A stretch of DNA of 64,000 bases from assembly GCF_006345805.1 (NCBI RefSeq), contig NC_042998.1:5518001-5582000 (forward strand), read 5' to 3'. Numbering within the stretch: position 1 is the stretch's first letter; the number at the start of each line of letters is the position of its first letter. This stretch comes from Octopus sinensis (lineage: Eukaryota). Under the pieces are notes generated by a model that was not told the DNA's origin, did no database searches, and saw only the letters and a list, made by a program, of their open reading frames with translations. This document shows positions 63,318 to 64,000 of this stretch, piece by piece. The position numbers and the translations under genes are program-made.

Positions 63318-64000
63318 ATTCAGTAGTTTTATTTTTATAGCGTGCTTTCACTTCACTACCGAGTGCAGCTCTGTGTGCCTTAGGTATGTGCTGTGATTTG
63401 TTGTGATGCTCTGATGGTTATTGTATGGAAAGTGTTTTGCGTAGGATGTGTGCAGTGCCTAGTAGTGCAATTTTCTGTATGTTATATGTGTTTGTAAGTC
63501 CTGGTGTTTTTGTTATGTATTTGTCTGAATATTTTTTTATCATGCCTAATGCACCTACTATGATAGGAATTGTTTCTGTTTTTAGATTCCACATTCTGGT
63601 TACCTCTATTTCCAGGTCTTTGTATTTTGAAAGTTTCTCCATTTCTTTTAGAGACACGTTGTCATCTGCCGGTATTGATACATCAATTAGAAAGCATTTT
63701 TTTCTTCATGATCTCTGACAACTATATCTGGTCTGTTGGCCTTAATTTCTCTATCTGTGTGTATCGGCATATCCCAGAGTATGGTTGCTTTCTCGTTTTC
63801 TGTGACCTTTTCTGGTGTGTGCCTATACCATCTTTTTCCTGTTGTTATTCCATAATGTTGGCATAGCTTCCAGTGTATGTAGGTTCCACTCTGTCATGTC
63901 TGTGAATATATTCCTTCTTAGCTAGGACTGGGCAGCCAGAGATAATATGATTTATTGTTTCTTGTCCATCTCCACATATTCTGCAGTTACTTGTTATATT
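63318..64000 (-). mobile_element. Young Dong/R4 LINE 3' end (CCHC, RLE, 3' UTR), continues beyond the window
   Basis: CRICGDGQETINHIISGCPVLA..RHDRV; ANRPD; LIDVSIPADDNVSLKEMEKLSKYKDL..GTAHILRKTLSIQ*; the 3' end abuts (AAT)n. Confidence 0.93.

Overview
AT-rich, repeat-saturated animal genomic DNA, not prokaryotic. The SINE, LINE and microsatellite mix is what I would expect of a coleoid cephalopod, most likely Octopus (inference from repeat content). There is no complete intact gene, rRNA, true tRNA or CRISPR array, and nearly all track ORFs are microsatellite or transposon artefacts. Main contents: a ~9.3 kb array of a 155-bp satellite with 8-10-mer higher-order structure (14.1-23.5 kb); more than 30 tRNA-derived SINE copies in about four families, labelled S1-S4 here; RTE, CR1 and Dong/R4 LINE remnants, the last clustered in (ATT)n tracts with a ~600-nt non-tRNA passenger element; two full-length mariners, a Tigger, several MITEs and two non-autonomous Helitrons. 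The most interesting signals are: three minimal type-I hammerhead ribozymes, two sharing a CUGUCGA core variant; collinear minus-strand exon-like fragments of a divergent or decayed profilin-like gene (24.6-42 kb); a 1.16-kb element in (TA)n with a 130-bp-arm palindrome and a flip/flop loop; and, directly after it, a candidate first exon of a secreted protein with a signal peptide and furin site. Protein-family calls come from motifs I recognised by eye; no database search was run. Many repeat boundaries are approximate.
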